Of a stretch of 64,000 nt of DNA, positions 11,640 through 24,390 are shown piece by piece. The translations under genes and the position numbers were made by a program. Every line of letters begins with the position of its first letter. Position 1 is the stretch's first letter. The stretch is from NCBI GenBank assembly GCA_036172245.1, contig JAYWIR010000030.1, positions 186,001-250,000 on the forward strand, given 5' to 3'. Under the pieces are notes generated by a model. The model was not told the DNA's origin. It ran no database searches and saw only the letters and a list, made by a program, of their open reading frames with translations. Source of the stretch: Raillietiella orientalis. Lineage: Eukaryota.

Positions 11640-12477
11640 CCATTGCTTACCTCGCAGTGAAATGTACTATGCTGTCAGAGGGTATCAAAACGTTTGAGAG
11701 GATTTGACTGAAAAAGTCAGCCTTCAGAAAGTGATTCTTTTAACTGTTTTATTGCAACCTGTGTCTATTGCATTCAAAGTAAATTTTGATAGTTAACAAA
11801 ATTATTGATCTTGGTTGGCGCGATTGCATGTCGATATGTTCAGCTCCAAAAACCATCTGAACGGTGGTGTTCTGTGGATCAAGAACTCAGCCAACACATC
11901 CAAGGGTTTTGATTTTGAGTCATGGTTGCACTCGATGTCCTCGAAATGAGACCACGTGGTGACTAAGGAAATCGGCTAATGCAGCTTTGAATTCCATTTT
12001 GGTCTGTGGCAGCTGTTAGGTCTCAGAGCCTTGTTTGGCTGCAAGTTCCCGTGCGTGCAATTAAAGTGTCACGCGGACTATTTGCAGCGTATGCAAAAAG
12101 TCAAACGTCTCAGTTCTTTGCTCTCCTAAGGAATGTCCCGTTCGGGAGTTTTCCAACACTCCCCATTACTTTATTGCACCGTACGTACGGCCTGATTAAG
12201 CTTGGTCCATGTGGTCTCCCCTGATGCCGAGGAAAATGAAAAATGCCGTGTGACCAGGCACGTAGCAGATACGTAAATTTTCGAAACCAAGCTGCACTTT
12301 TGTGTGTTTAACACGTCGCGTGTGCCTGCAATTACCGAGTCCGACCCATAGCTGGCAGTCAGGTTCTTTTGTGGTTTCTTGGGTGCGAGCACGTGAAAGT
12401 TTTCGCCTTAAAGTTGCAGGTAAATGCTCAGATGTGAAATGTGGAAGAAAGTGTATGTGGTACAAGCAGAACATTCA

Positions 12478-12481
<4 letters not shown>

Positions 12482-12537
<56 letters not shown>
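12482..12537. repeat. (CT)n microsatellite
   Basis: Directly visible, about 28 units. Confidence 0.97.
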
Positions 12538-12539
<2 letters not shown>

Positions 12540-15500
12540 CCCTTCCTCACTTTGGAAGCATTGAATTTCTCCACGTTTCGCAACTTTCTGGGCAAACTTC
12601 TTTGATTCCGCTTCATAGAAAAAACGTTGTGCTTCCCATCCGATTTTCGCTGGGAACGGTGCAGATATGATTCTGGAGAGGCCGGAAGGATTTTCCGAAA
12701 TCGAAAGGTTTCCCTCTCGGGGGGAATGCCCACCGATGTTTTGACTGCGAGGCACTTGGGGCATTCTGATCGAGATAAGGATCGCTCCGCGAATGAGTTG
12801 AGAGGGTGGGATCCCCCGAGCGCAGCCTCCGTACACACACTTTTTCGCCATGCACGTATGTGAAAGAGTGGAGCCTCAGCTTCCCTCTTTCACATACGTG
12901 CGCGAGTGCAGGGAAACGAACGAAAGCAGGAACGGATCGACCGTTTCCTATCCAGCACCTGCGGCGAGGGTGGGTTTATGGTGGTCCTGATGGCAAATTC
13001 CTCGGTTGGCATGGGGGTTTGGCCTTTTAAGCTGCCCGCTCTTAGGTTAAGCGAAGCCCACGGCAAAACGAACCGTGGAAAGGTGCATTGAACTGGTGTC
13101 TCCGTGGCTGCGGCCGCTGCGCTCGAGGTCCGTTCTCTTGGATGCCCCCACCACCACCACCACGCAGCCGCCCCCACTCGTTACCACGTTCGGCGCAGTG
13201 CATTCTTTGCACTCGATGGATACGGCGCATTCCTGCGCATAGCCGAGTGCGTGTGCTGCCTGCACGTCCTCCATTATGTCATGATATGCAAGAGTGAATA
13301 ATTTCGCATGTGGAGTGGCGAAGTCGCTCAGGAAGCGGTGGGACGTGCCAAAATGGGTCGGGGACCACCGTAGGACTCCGATTTCACACCCGGCCCCTCC
13401 TGTTACGCACTTTTTGTCGAGCACTTCCCAGGCAAATGGCGGTCATTCCTGCGAAAGAAATGGTGTGCCAATTAGCACTGGCATGAAAAAACTTTTTTTT
13501 TTTTCTTTCTTCTTGGCCGCGGTTTCCCTGTTCCGAGCGTTTTGCAACAACCGGAGATGCACCGGTTCTTGTGTTGATGGTTCGGGTCTCCGTGCGGTTT
13601 TCCGAGAACGCGTGAAAGAGTTGGATGGGAACGCGGTGGAAGGCGCATCTTTCCAGCTCGAAAGGGGGGGGGGGCTCAGGCTGGATGGTGAAATCAGCGT
13701 CTGCACCGCGAGAACAGGGGATCGAAGCATCCATCACCTCCTGGAAGATGAGCTGCACAAAGCAGAACACTGAGGATTGCAGTCTCCGTTTGAATCCCAT
13801 CGGTTGTACAAGTGCTTGCGTTAATCTGCGAACGCACCAAAGCGTTTTCAGCGACCGTCAGGCAAAGCTTTCGCCCGAGGGCGGTAGGAGCCGTGGATTT
13901 GGGGTTCGGATGCCAAGCAGTCAGCATCACGTTGGATTCGTCCGGCATTTGCATCACTTTGCAGCCGAACGTGGCTTCCGGGTTTCGAGGTGAAAGGGCT
14001 TCTTCCCCCCCCCCCCTCCAAAAAAAAAAAAAGTCGAACGAGAAGCTCGAGATTCTCCGGGAAACGGTTCTAGGGTTTCCGAAGGCGCCATGACAACGAT
14101 TCCTGCTTTCGAGTGCTCGTTGCGAGACGGTCACATCGTTCCCAGCGCTCGAGAACTTCTAAACCCACAAAATTGAGAGACTTCGACTGATCATGGAGAG
14201 AAAACGCAGCCGAGGGCTCGCAAGGTGAAACTTTGGATCGGTTCCGAGGCTGATGATAAAACGAGTGCAGCCTGTGGAACACCCGCCTTATCACCCGCAC
14301 ACTTCATGTTTTTACAAAGCAATGAGTGAGGTAATTGCATGGTGCTTTGCGAGCTCAGTGTGCGGTAATCACAATGAAATACACTGTTCGAAACGGTGCG
14401 CACTACGAAAGAGTGCAAATCCCTGCTCTTTGCGATCGCTGAATTGCGGATGCGCTGCGATGCCGAAGCATTCTGCGAAACCCCACTCAGCCAGCCGCAG
14501 AATATCCAAGAGTAGCGGACTCTTCATGAGTGGCAGAATTTGACCAACGGCTGGATTCGAAGTGTGCGCGGTCAAGCTGAGCCAAACCTCCGGTGAAACG
14601 TCCGAGCATGTTGGTCCCAACACAAAAAGCATTCGTTCCTGAATCCACCAGGGTATGGGGGCACCGCACCGCGCCTCTGCAGGCGCAGTGTGGTGTTCGA
14701 GCAGAACCGTCTCAGGGCGGCTGTCGTTCCTCGATTATCTTGCAGGCACTGATCGCCTCTTCCTCCGCTTCCACTTTTTGGAGTTTTTTTATCTTTTTTT
14801 TTTTTTTTTTTTTTCAAGTTCCGTTCGAGCCCCGGAGAGGCTTCCTCCAAGACTTCTTAGGGAAGTCGCTGGAACTTTGCACTCTACTTCTTCTGGAGCT
14901 GTTGGACTTCTTTAGGTATTCTAGCAAGCTGTCTTACGGAGTAGACGTTCGTGTCAACAAGCTGTTTCCTTTGCCGGCAGCCGCCTCGCCATTTCTTCCA
15001 AACCTGCGCAGCGATGGAAAGTGGTCAATGCAAGGGGAACGATTCTCTTCGACGGTATGGCAGGAACGCCGAGTCAACGGAGGAAGGAAAAGGAAGAACG
15101 CTCCTTAGCATCGATTTCTTTGCGGTAGTGGATAAAGGGAGGGAACATTCCATCTTCCCATCCCGGTCAGGATTTGCGATGACTTCAGGACCGGGAAGCT
15201 TTTTCTGCGCCTCCAACGGATCCCTTCCCGCCGCCTTTCCGTAATTGGCGCTAAAATCTGTCACCTTCCTCCCCCTCCTCCTGCCTCACTTTGTCTTGGC
15301 AGTCTTGGAATTTCGTTTTTCTTGTCTTCCTGGTGACCGTTTCGCAAGGTGCATGTAGAGTTTCTCGTGCGCACTCCCTCTCTCGGTACACCTTCGACGA
15401 AACTGGGGGCGTGCCAGTCCTGCACACCTTCCATCCCCTCCTGCATTGGTAGGAGGACGTTCCCCCGTTGTCAACTTGTCTCTTTATTGATTCTCAGCAT

Positions 15501-16039
15501 CCAACGCCCGTCAGCACGAGGAATCTCGTCAGCTGCCAGAGGAAACGAACTTGAGAGGCTTCGCGCTGCTCTGCGGTTCGATCCGAATGACCGCCCTCGT
15601 TGCTGACCTTGCAAACGGGGGCGGTCATTCATTCGTTTTCGGCCCTGAAACATGCTTGGTTCCCGGAAACCGCTCCCGCCACGGTTCCTCCCTGACTCAA
15701 GAGGTGGGACCGAAAGCAGGGAAGCAAGGTGCAGAGGGGAGAAATCACAACGGAGCAGAAAGGAGAGCATCATCCAGAGGGGTTCACCATCTTCCAGTTC
15801 CCCGCTCGGGCTTGGAGTATTTTCGTCTGGATCCCTTTTTCTCTTTCAGCTTCCCTCAGGGGCGGCGCAGGTCCTTCACCGTCCATGGGAAGCATCCCCA
15901 TTTTAGGTTCTCCATCCGGCTCGCTCCAAGATCAAGGCTGAAACTTACTTTTTCAAGAAGTTTTAAGAAGACATTTTATTTTCTATTCGTTTTTACAGTC
16001 TGTGTCTTTGGCGATTCGGTTGGATGGGGTGGCAAAAAA

Positions 16040-16286
16040 CTTTTGTTCTCTTAACCTCTCCAATCCTTTTTGAATCACGTGATGCGAATTGAAACTGAAT
16101 TTACGAGTTTTCACTCACTCTCACCGATGATTTATTCAGCGCAAATGTTTTTTTCTTCTTCTTTTTTTTTAAAAAAAAAAAATGTGAATCTCCGATCGAT
16201 TTCGTTGTGGTGAACTTGACTGAGGACTAATCGGGCACCGTTCGTAACTCTGTTTTCCTCGTCTCGCTAACGAAATTCTGAATTCA
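16040..16286 (+). repeat. ~240-bp dispersed repeat, intergenic copy (CpG-intact)
   Basis: Homologous to 9915-10148. Confidence 0.85.
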
Positions 16287-18862
16287 GGCAGACACTGTGG
16301 GTGAACCACGAAATCCTTTACTGTTTCCTGCACGAAAATTCTGCCTTTCCACCGCAGCATGGGTCCCCCGCAACTTTCCCACAGAGTCCGAAGAACGTGG
16401 GAAGCCTGTGGGTGTGAAGGATCTTTTGTTCGTTCTTTTTGGCTCGCCACACCTCACAGGAAGCCAACACGTGGAGAAAAGACGTAGACGACACTCAGAG
16501 TAGGCGCGCGTCTCTGGTTGACACCACCCGGTCACGCCGGGGCGTTCCTTCATAAAAAAGTAAACGTCTGTGGCTGGACGTTTGTTCCTGGCACGTTACT
16601 TGTAACTACGGGAAGGAACCTGCCGGGAACTGGCACGCAGGCCACCGGGTCGCCTCCTGGGCAGCACAGGGGAAGGGACGACAAGCACAAAGGAAAAAAC
16701 AAAACAAAAAATTGGGGAGGGGGGGGGGGTGCTCGGGAAGGGATTACCCGGGTGCTGGAGGGTGTCCTCTGCATCCTTGTAAGGATGCCCGCAAGTTCCT
16801 GTTTCAAGGCTCCCAGATGGGACCATCTTGACGACATCCTCATGAAGAACACAGCAAAGTAGATGGCGTCCCTGTCGTTCCGGCCTCCTCTGGCGTTGCT
16901 CCATGCAGCCTCCACGGTCCCTACGCGTGGGCAGCAAAGTGCTGCTGGGGATGCGGCCGGTGTGAGGGCGTCGCGCAGGAAAGAGGAGCTTCAAAACGCC
17001 TCTGGCGCTGCCGCCGGGAGTTCCAAGGGTCGCGCCAAAGCGTCCCAAAAGGGGCCGGGGGGCAACACAGTCCACTGGGCGCGCGTCTCTGGAGATGCCG
17101 GAAGCGCCCAGGATGGGAGGAACGATGATTCACCATGATGTGACGATTCCTGTTTGAAAGTGAAGCACTCATTCTCTAGGTAACGTCAGAAGACGAAAAT
17201 CGTCCAACTCACCACCCCTCTCTCCTGGCCTAGTGTCTTCGTTTCCCCGAATTCGGGTACTCCACTTTCCCGCCTGACAAATCATGGCACAGGAACTACG
17301 TGGCTGGGAAGTGGGTGTTTGAAGCATTTCCTATAGTAAAACACCACCACACCCAATGCAGTTCTTGATTCAGCGGTGATAGCAGCCATAAAAATGTAAA
17401 GAAGAAGAAAAATAAGATTGGAGGGAGGAAAATCGAGAACAACAACCCAAAAAAAAAAAAAGAGAAGCAGCCTCGTCGAGGGCGCGCGCTTTTTGTTTTT
17501 CCATCTCGATGAGCGATCCGGGCGAGTGAGAGGCACCCAGGCGGTGAACACGCATCTTCGCCGGCGGGACCGCGGTTTCCACCCGGACGTCCCGGCTGCC
17601 GCAGCCACGGGCCTGCAAGACACGCGCCGTTCGGGGGAGGAATCTCCCCGGCTGGATTCTCGGGAGGCTACGCAGGCTGGGCACGAACGGCTGCATCCCA
17701 CGGCAAAGGGTGGGACGCACGCGGGATCGACGCGAATCTCCTCCTCCACGTGCTCGAAATTTCCGCTGTCTGGTTCTCACCAGGAAGCGCCTACTATAAA
17801 CGCATGTAATTGCCGATGTTTTTTCCCTTCTCCTTCTTCTCCTCCTTCTTCTTCTCCGAATCAGTGGAGTGCCCCATTTCCTCCACGTTCGTATCTCAGG
17901 GATGCACGAAAATGTTCCTTCCCTCCACTGTTCCCGCCATGGTCGGCTGAATCCGTCCTGGAAGCCGTTGTCTCCGTGGATTTTTTGGTAGCCCAATTCG
18001 TTGGTCGCAAAGAGGCGTGAGAGAATTTGCTGCCAGAGCAAACCTACCTGAAAATTAAATTGAGCGGTTAATTGAAAATTACCTTCCTGAAATTTCACTC
18101 GCCCTTCGACGCGGCGCTGCGTACGCGCGGGGAAGTTGGGCGTGAGCCCGGGAAAAGTGGTCGGACGGGCTGAAGAGGCTCTGGACGGAGCACGGGGCTT
18201 CGAACATGAGGACTTTTATGACCACTAAATTCTAACATTTTGTTTTTTTTGGCCTTTTTCCCCGTTTCTCACTTGACTTCATTTGTTTTTGTGTGTTTTT
18301 GTGCTCGCGTGTTTTGTTTTGTTTTATAAATTGGAATGTGATCTGCCGGGAGACTGGGGATGCACCAAGCAAATCCTGCGCCCGGACGTGTGTGGATGAT
18401 CTTACGTTGGGATGTTCCACGGGAAGTTTTGGAAAGGGCATTCAATTTATTCTTTTCAAATGTTAATCGGAATCAGCGAGGAGATTCGATCACAGCACCG
18501 AGGGAGGAGGAGGATCAGGCATTCCAGTTTTATGGCTCCTGTTTTTTGCTTTGTTTTATTTTCTTTTATTCCCCCCCCCCTCCTGCTAGGTCGCGTTGCT
18601 AGCTGGGCCTGTTCGCCGGCGAATTCTTTACTGCGCTGCTGTGCATCCTTCACGGGCGTGCCGGCCCTCGGCTGCAGGAAGCCCCTGGAGTGTACTCCAT
18701 TTCCAGAAGGCACCGGGAAGGGTTGCGCGGCGTTTTCGTGCGTCTTTGGTACGCATGCGTGCGAATGAAACGGGGTCTGCTGCTGCTGCTGCTACGGCAC
18801 CTTGCCATGGCTACCATCGGACACACCCACCCGCCACTTTCGTCCAGAAGCCGTTTCCTTTT

Positions 18863-19430
18863 TGTCAGCAAACACCGGAAAGGAACCGCCGTCGCCATCA
18901 TTCAGGGAACCGTCCATGTGGTGCCGAGCGATGCGGGTTCGAACCCCACCGCGGGGAAGGATCGACGCCGAGAACCGGGGGGTGCGTCGTGGGTTTCGAG
19001 CTCCCCCACAAGATGACGCTGGATTGCCTGTGGGCTTCGACTGCGCCGCTGGAGCAGTCGGAAACCGGATGATCTCGTCGACTGGCTGGGATTGGAAGTC
19101 GACCCTCCGGGATCCTTCCAGGAATCGAGGAGCCGGAGTTGTGCAGATGGAGCCGCCCTCCATCTTGCACCATGGAGCTGGTGGATCGATGCGAGTGTCA
19201 AGAAGAGTGCTGCTGTGTCCCTTAGAGGTTCTCTTCATAGGAGCAGTGCCCTTGCGGATGCCCTCCAGGGGTCCCTCCGAATAAAACAAGGTAGAGAGGT
19301 TTCCCTCGAAGCCCCCTCCCAATCGTGAGAGGGAAAGGACTCCTTCCTCCGGAGCCCTTCCTGGTTTCATACGGTGGTCCCTACCGGGGCACCCCCATCC
19401 TGAAGAGTCAGCACGCGTCCTCGGGTGGGG
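18863..19430 (+). mobile_element. tRNA-type SINE-like dispersed repeat, copy 2
   Basis: B-box GGTTCGAACCC at 18936-18946; same conserved blocks in the same order as copy 1, with a shorter internal array. Confidence 0.7.
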
Positions 19431-22400
19431 TGGAACAGATCCCGCGCTTCCTCCTGAGACGGGAACGGGGATCCATTGCTAGAGACCGTTTCTCGGGAAT
19501 GCGTGTTCTGCATCTGTGGATGCTGCCCACGCGTTTGCGAAGGGTCGGCTGCGTTTTCAAACTGCGGGCAGCTCGTCCTCGGCTCGCCCCGCGATCAACA
19601 GTTGCATTATTGCATCGGTTGCCATTGGCAACGCTTCTCGTCGCCGCACGGACTCGCAGGTTAGGGGTTGGACTGAAGCGTCTGTCCTTTGTGGAATCGG
19701 GCTCGGGTTCGTCGCCGTTTGAAAGGATGGGGAATCATCGGAGGCTCGGGAGTCATCGGAGCGTGCGAGTTCGACCTGGGTCGTGCGGTTTCCCTTCTCG
19801 CGGAGAAAGGCGTCGGAGCAGAGAGAGTCCCGCAGGAAGCATCTCCCGCAGTGCTCCGCTGGCTTTCCCAAGGGCTCTTGCTCTCTGGACCGCGCAGGAA
19901 TCCGGGGGACTTCGCCTCAACCGGCGGCTCCCTGGCACCGGAGGACGATTGGTGGGAGATCGGCGTTCCAGGAACCTGTCAGAAGAGCGAACGCGGAAGG
20001 CTCGGAAGCTTCCGTCTGTGGCCGAGAGATGGCGTCGCGCGGCGCTGGGTGCAGGCGGACGGGAGAGATGGTGTGTCAAAGGGTCGGTCCCCAGAGGAGA
20101 GAACGGTCGGCCTGACGACCTGCCTCTCGCCGTCCCGAGGTTGGCGGAGAAGGCGCAGCGCCCTCTCCTCCACTCCCATCCCTCCGGCGCGCGCGAAACC
20201 CTCACCCGTCCGTCGCCGTCGGCACTGCGCAGGAGCCGTTCAGAAGGACGCGGATCGTCGCTTCCCCTGCTGCGAACAGACTTTCTGAAGGGTTCAGGAG
20301 CATCCTTGGAAGGTGCATTGGTGGGCCAATTCTCTGAGCTGATCTTCCGGAAGCCGAGGTCACCGGAATCCACCCTCCTCAGGGACCGCTTTTTCTTTTC
20401 TTTTCTTTCTTTGCTCTCCAGGAACTGGAGGAGAGCAAGGAGAAGGTCCTTTCTTGCGGAGGAGAAGGAAGAGAACCTCAGTTCCCCCCTCGATGTGTGT
20501 GGGTGTGTGGGGGGGGGGGGGAGGAAGGGATATGCGGGCGCGTGGAGCCGCCTAAGGGTCTTCGTGTCCCCGGGTGTTGACATTACTCTGCCCTTCCCTC
20601 AGTGCCCGGTTTCCCCTGGGCTCCAGGGGAGTCTGAGGATGGCCGCGGGAGTTCGACGACCTCCGCTCTCGTCGGGGCTGGCCGGAGGAGACGGGAAGAC
20701 GGGTCACCTCGATAGCCATCGGATGACCGGGCCAGCGGGAAGCTCTCCTTCGGATCTGGGGCGCCGCCACCTCCACTTCTCGGCAGCCTCCGGACAGGTG
20801 CAGAGGAAGAGAGAGAGAGGGGGTGGTGCCGGACTCCGCTGGAGTCTCCACCCGCTGGCGAGGGCAGCAGCGGCTCGGGAGTGGGCTGCGGAGGAATTCG
20901 ACGTGACCTGGAGCGGTGTCCTCCCCTGAGGCATCTTCGTGCGAGTCACGTGGAGCAGGTCGCGGACGAGGAAGTAGTCGCCGGAGGCCACGGAAGGATT
21001 GGCGGCGGCGAGGCACCCCCGTCGACCACCTGGGGAAAAGAGGCGGCGCGGCGGTCCACCGGACGCGCGCCCGTTCCGCGGGGTCATCCGACGTTCCTTC
21101 CGGCCAAATTGCGGGGCGTCCCATAGCTGCCCCGAGACCACTACTATCGCCGCGCAATCTATCCGAAGTAAAACGAACCATTCCAAAAGTGAGAGAAGAA
21201 TTGAGGAGGATGGGAGAGAAGGGGTGGGAGTTCCCGCTGCCTTGACGTCGGAAGGGGGGGGGGGGAGGATGTGCTCGTGCTGGGAAACTCTGCCAACGGG
21301 AGGCCCCCTGGTGGTCGCCCGTGTGTGCTAACGGGACCTCCGTGTGGCTGCACCGAGGAGAGCAACCCGTTCATGCGTGGAGGACTCGGGTCATGCAGAG
21401 GATCGCGGTGGTCCAGGCTGCAGGCTGCTTCATCGAGGGACCTCGTCCATCCTCCTACGACTCTGCGGCCGGCATCGCCCGCTGGCGATGGACCCCTCGC
21501 GCGAAAGCTGCGAGGAGCTTCCGCGCCCGGCTGTTCCTTGGCGCGCTCGCCTGGTCAGTTGGCGGCGCGGATCCGCCACAGGACGCCGTGTCCTCAGGTT
21601 GTCGGCACGGGGTCGGGTCGGGTCGCGATGCCACCCGTCACCGATGTTGGAGATCCCGAAGAGGGCTGGGCGGCCCCTTCAGGCGGGATGTTCTGGTCAG
21701 TGAGGCCGCGGGGTGGGCACGGACGGTGCTCTCTGTGCTGGTGGCGCGCCTCCGGGAGCGTGGACTCTTCTTCTCCGTGCTGCTCGGCGGCGGAGGAGCT
21801 GCTCCTTTACTGGTCTCCCGTGACGATGAAAAGCCATGGGCAAATAAGGAGGGGCAGGATGGACCGTGGGACCCAAGAGGCCCGTTGGGTCCGGCCACAG
21901 CCTCCGCGATGCTCCCACGTTCGGGCTGCGCTGCCGTGACGGCGATGGCTGCTGCGGCCGGATGTCCGGTGACGAGGAGGTCATGATGCCATTTCGGCCG
22001 TCTCTCAGCTGTCCGCGAGAGCCAGGGGATGGCTCGGAAGGGAGGCATTGGCAAGCCCGAAGCGGGACGCGCCTCTTCCTCCGGAGCAGGGTCCTCGGAG
22101 AAGCCGCTGCAGTCCGGAGCCGTTCCAGGCGCGCGCGGGGAAGGGACTCCCGGCGTTCCTCGGAGAGCCGTCCCTGGATGCTCGGGCGCTGCTAGCTCGG
22201 CGGACCGCCTGGGGACACAGCTCGTGGAAGTGTCCCGGGAGGCCGACGAGACCCCTGCGTGGGGGTCGCGACCCCGCCGAGCTATCGTAGAGCCTAGACG
22301 AGGCAGGAAGAAGGAGATGCAGCAGGATCTGTGGAGCAGGAATGAAGGGAGCGAAAGGGAGGGGAGGGTCGGGATCGTCGTGTCCATCTCTTCGCAGGTC

Positions 22401-23387
22401 TCGATGATGGCAATCGAAGGAAGGAGACGAGGCGGTGGATGGGGGGATCAAGGAATGGCCACTGGGGAGAGGAGGAGCAGGTCAGCCGGAAGTCCATCAC
22501 GCAGAGAGCTCCTCCCTTGGTTGCTATGGGGGCAGGGGTGCGAACAGCCGTGGGCTGTTCGTCACAGGACAAGGGCAAGGAAGGGCCGACACGACCTTGC
22601 CCTGGTCCTCGGGATGACTGGAAGGCGAAGGTGGGTGCTCAGCAACAGCAGCAGCAGCAGCGCTCGTTCCCCGCCCGATCCCGTGCTGGAAGAAGCTCGC
22701 CGAGGATGCTGGGATCACGGAGGTACCTGGAACCCCACGCTAGGGAGGTGGAGAGGATTTTTCACCCGGTTACGTCAGGGCGTTTATCTAAAAATAAACA
22801 GAAGAAAAAGAGGGGGAAAAGAAAAACAAGGAAGCCGGCAGGGCAAAACGTCCCACCGAGTCGAACGGTCCTTCGGGGGGTGCAGACGGGGTCCTCAACC
22901 GGGACGGAGGGGGCGAGGAAGAAGAAGGACGGAGTGAACAAGAAGGACGCATCCCGTGGCTGGGGTAGGGGCGAGGGAAGGCATACTGCGCAGGATGCTG
23001 GCAACTCCTCCCGATGGAGTGTCCATCCCGACGCGACGATGTGGGCGACAGCCTCTGCGCCCCCTCTCGGCCGCTCAGGCAGCAGAGCGCTTCGATGGCG
23101 GCCCCCGAAGAGGGTCTCCCCCCGGCGACACTGGGATCGTCCGCCGGGATGGAGGGGGGGGGCGTTCCCACGATGCCCGGAGAGCAACACTCCGCACTAG
23201 CATGTGCGGGAAGGATTCCGTCCTCCCTCACCTGGAGCGGTTCGGCGCGACGCCCCCCTTCGCCCGGTGGTGGCTGCGCGCGTCGCACGGGAGGACCCCC
23301 CACGCAGCATCGGCAGAGCCGGCTGCTGCTGCCACCCGAGGCGGAGGAGCGGCCGGCCGTCCTCACTGGCAGTACCAGGAAAACAGA

Positions 23388-24390
23388 CTTAATAAAATTT
23401 ATTAACAGACCTTGTGCTAATATAATTAATGAGTTGTTGATTTCCTTGTTGATACAAGTACACTAAAGATTAGGAAAAATAAATATACATACTTATTATA
23501 TGTGTCGATGTACATCCTTTCATAAAGATTAATACATGGATAAAGATATATTACGAAGATGAAAATAATTAAATATATATGCTTGTTCTAAATAGATATA
23601 AAAATTTATTTTAATGTGCACAGCTATTCGTATTCACATTCGTATTCATTACATGTCATTAACACTGGTATTATGGCAGCAGATATATTTATTAAGATCC
23701 AGTAACATTCATTTTACTAATACAATTAATAAGTTGTTGATTATATCGCTGATATACATATACTAAGGATTTTAATAATTAATATGTATGCTTATTTCAC
23801 AAAAATTAATATACAAATTTACTTTAATATGCATAGCTATTCATATTTATTAATACGCACATTATTAGCAGTAAAATTATTTCAACAAATATATTTATTA
23901 AGATTCAGCGACATTCATTTTACTAATATAACTAATAAGTGTTGATTATATGTGTTGATGTACACATATATATAAAGATTATTATATGGAGTAACATATA
24001 TAATGAGGATTATAAAAAACAATTATACATGCTGATTGTATGTATTGATATATATATATACGTAAGGATTATTATATGGATTAATGTATATCACAGAGAT
24101 CATTAAAAAATAAATATATCTGCTTATCTTGTGTATTGATATATATATATTTATACACATATTTATATATATGTATGCATATTTATATATCTGTAAATGT
24201 TGATGTATATAATAAGCATATATATAATCTTTAATACATGCATCAACAACTTATTGATTATATTAGTAAAATGAATGTTACTGGATCTTAATAAACATAC
24301 TTGCTGCAATAATATCACTGCTAGTAACACGAATGTCAGTAAATACGAATAAAATGTGTTTCATTTTACGTGTACATAAAATGAAATTTC
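23388..24390. repeat. AT-rich island of direct and inverted subrepeats (foldback/MITE-like)
   Basis: The 54-bp unit at 23688-23741 is repeated directly from 23894 and inverted at 24242-24295 (52/54 match). The edges against GC-rich flanks are sharp. Hairpin with a 10-bp stem at 24359-24386. Confidence 0.8.

Noticed and set aside
12172..12195. miR-92-like sequence TATTGCAC...CGGCCTG
   Set aside because: The central region differs and is 2 nt longer, and there is no complementary 5p arm to form a precursor hairpin.
14900..15750. Possible minus-strand LINE RT remnant (EGVPREGV, DPLEAQKKL)
   Set aside because: Only two weak motif resemblances and no catalytic motif.
18046..18082. 35-nt GT..AG intron-like AT-rich patch on the minus strand
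   Set aside because: Too short, and the flanks do not encode a recognisable protein; more likely non-coding.
19325..20929. 534-aa ORF and other long ORFs (35649-37217, 48763-50046, 54630-55916, 55951-57204)
   Set aside because: Arg/Gly/Pro/Ser-rich with no domain motifs and overlapped by similar ORFs on both strands; expected from stop-codon scarcity in GC-rich DNA.
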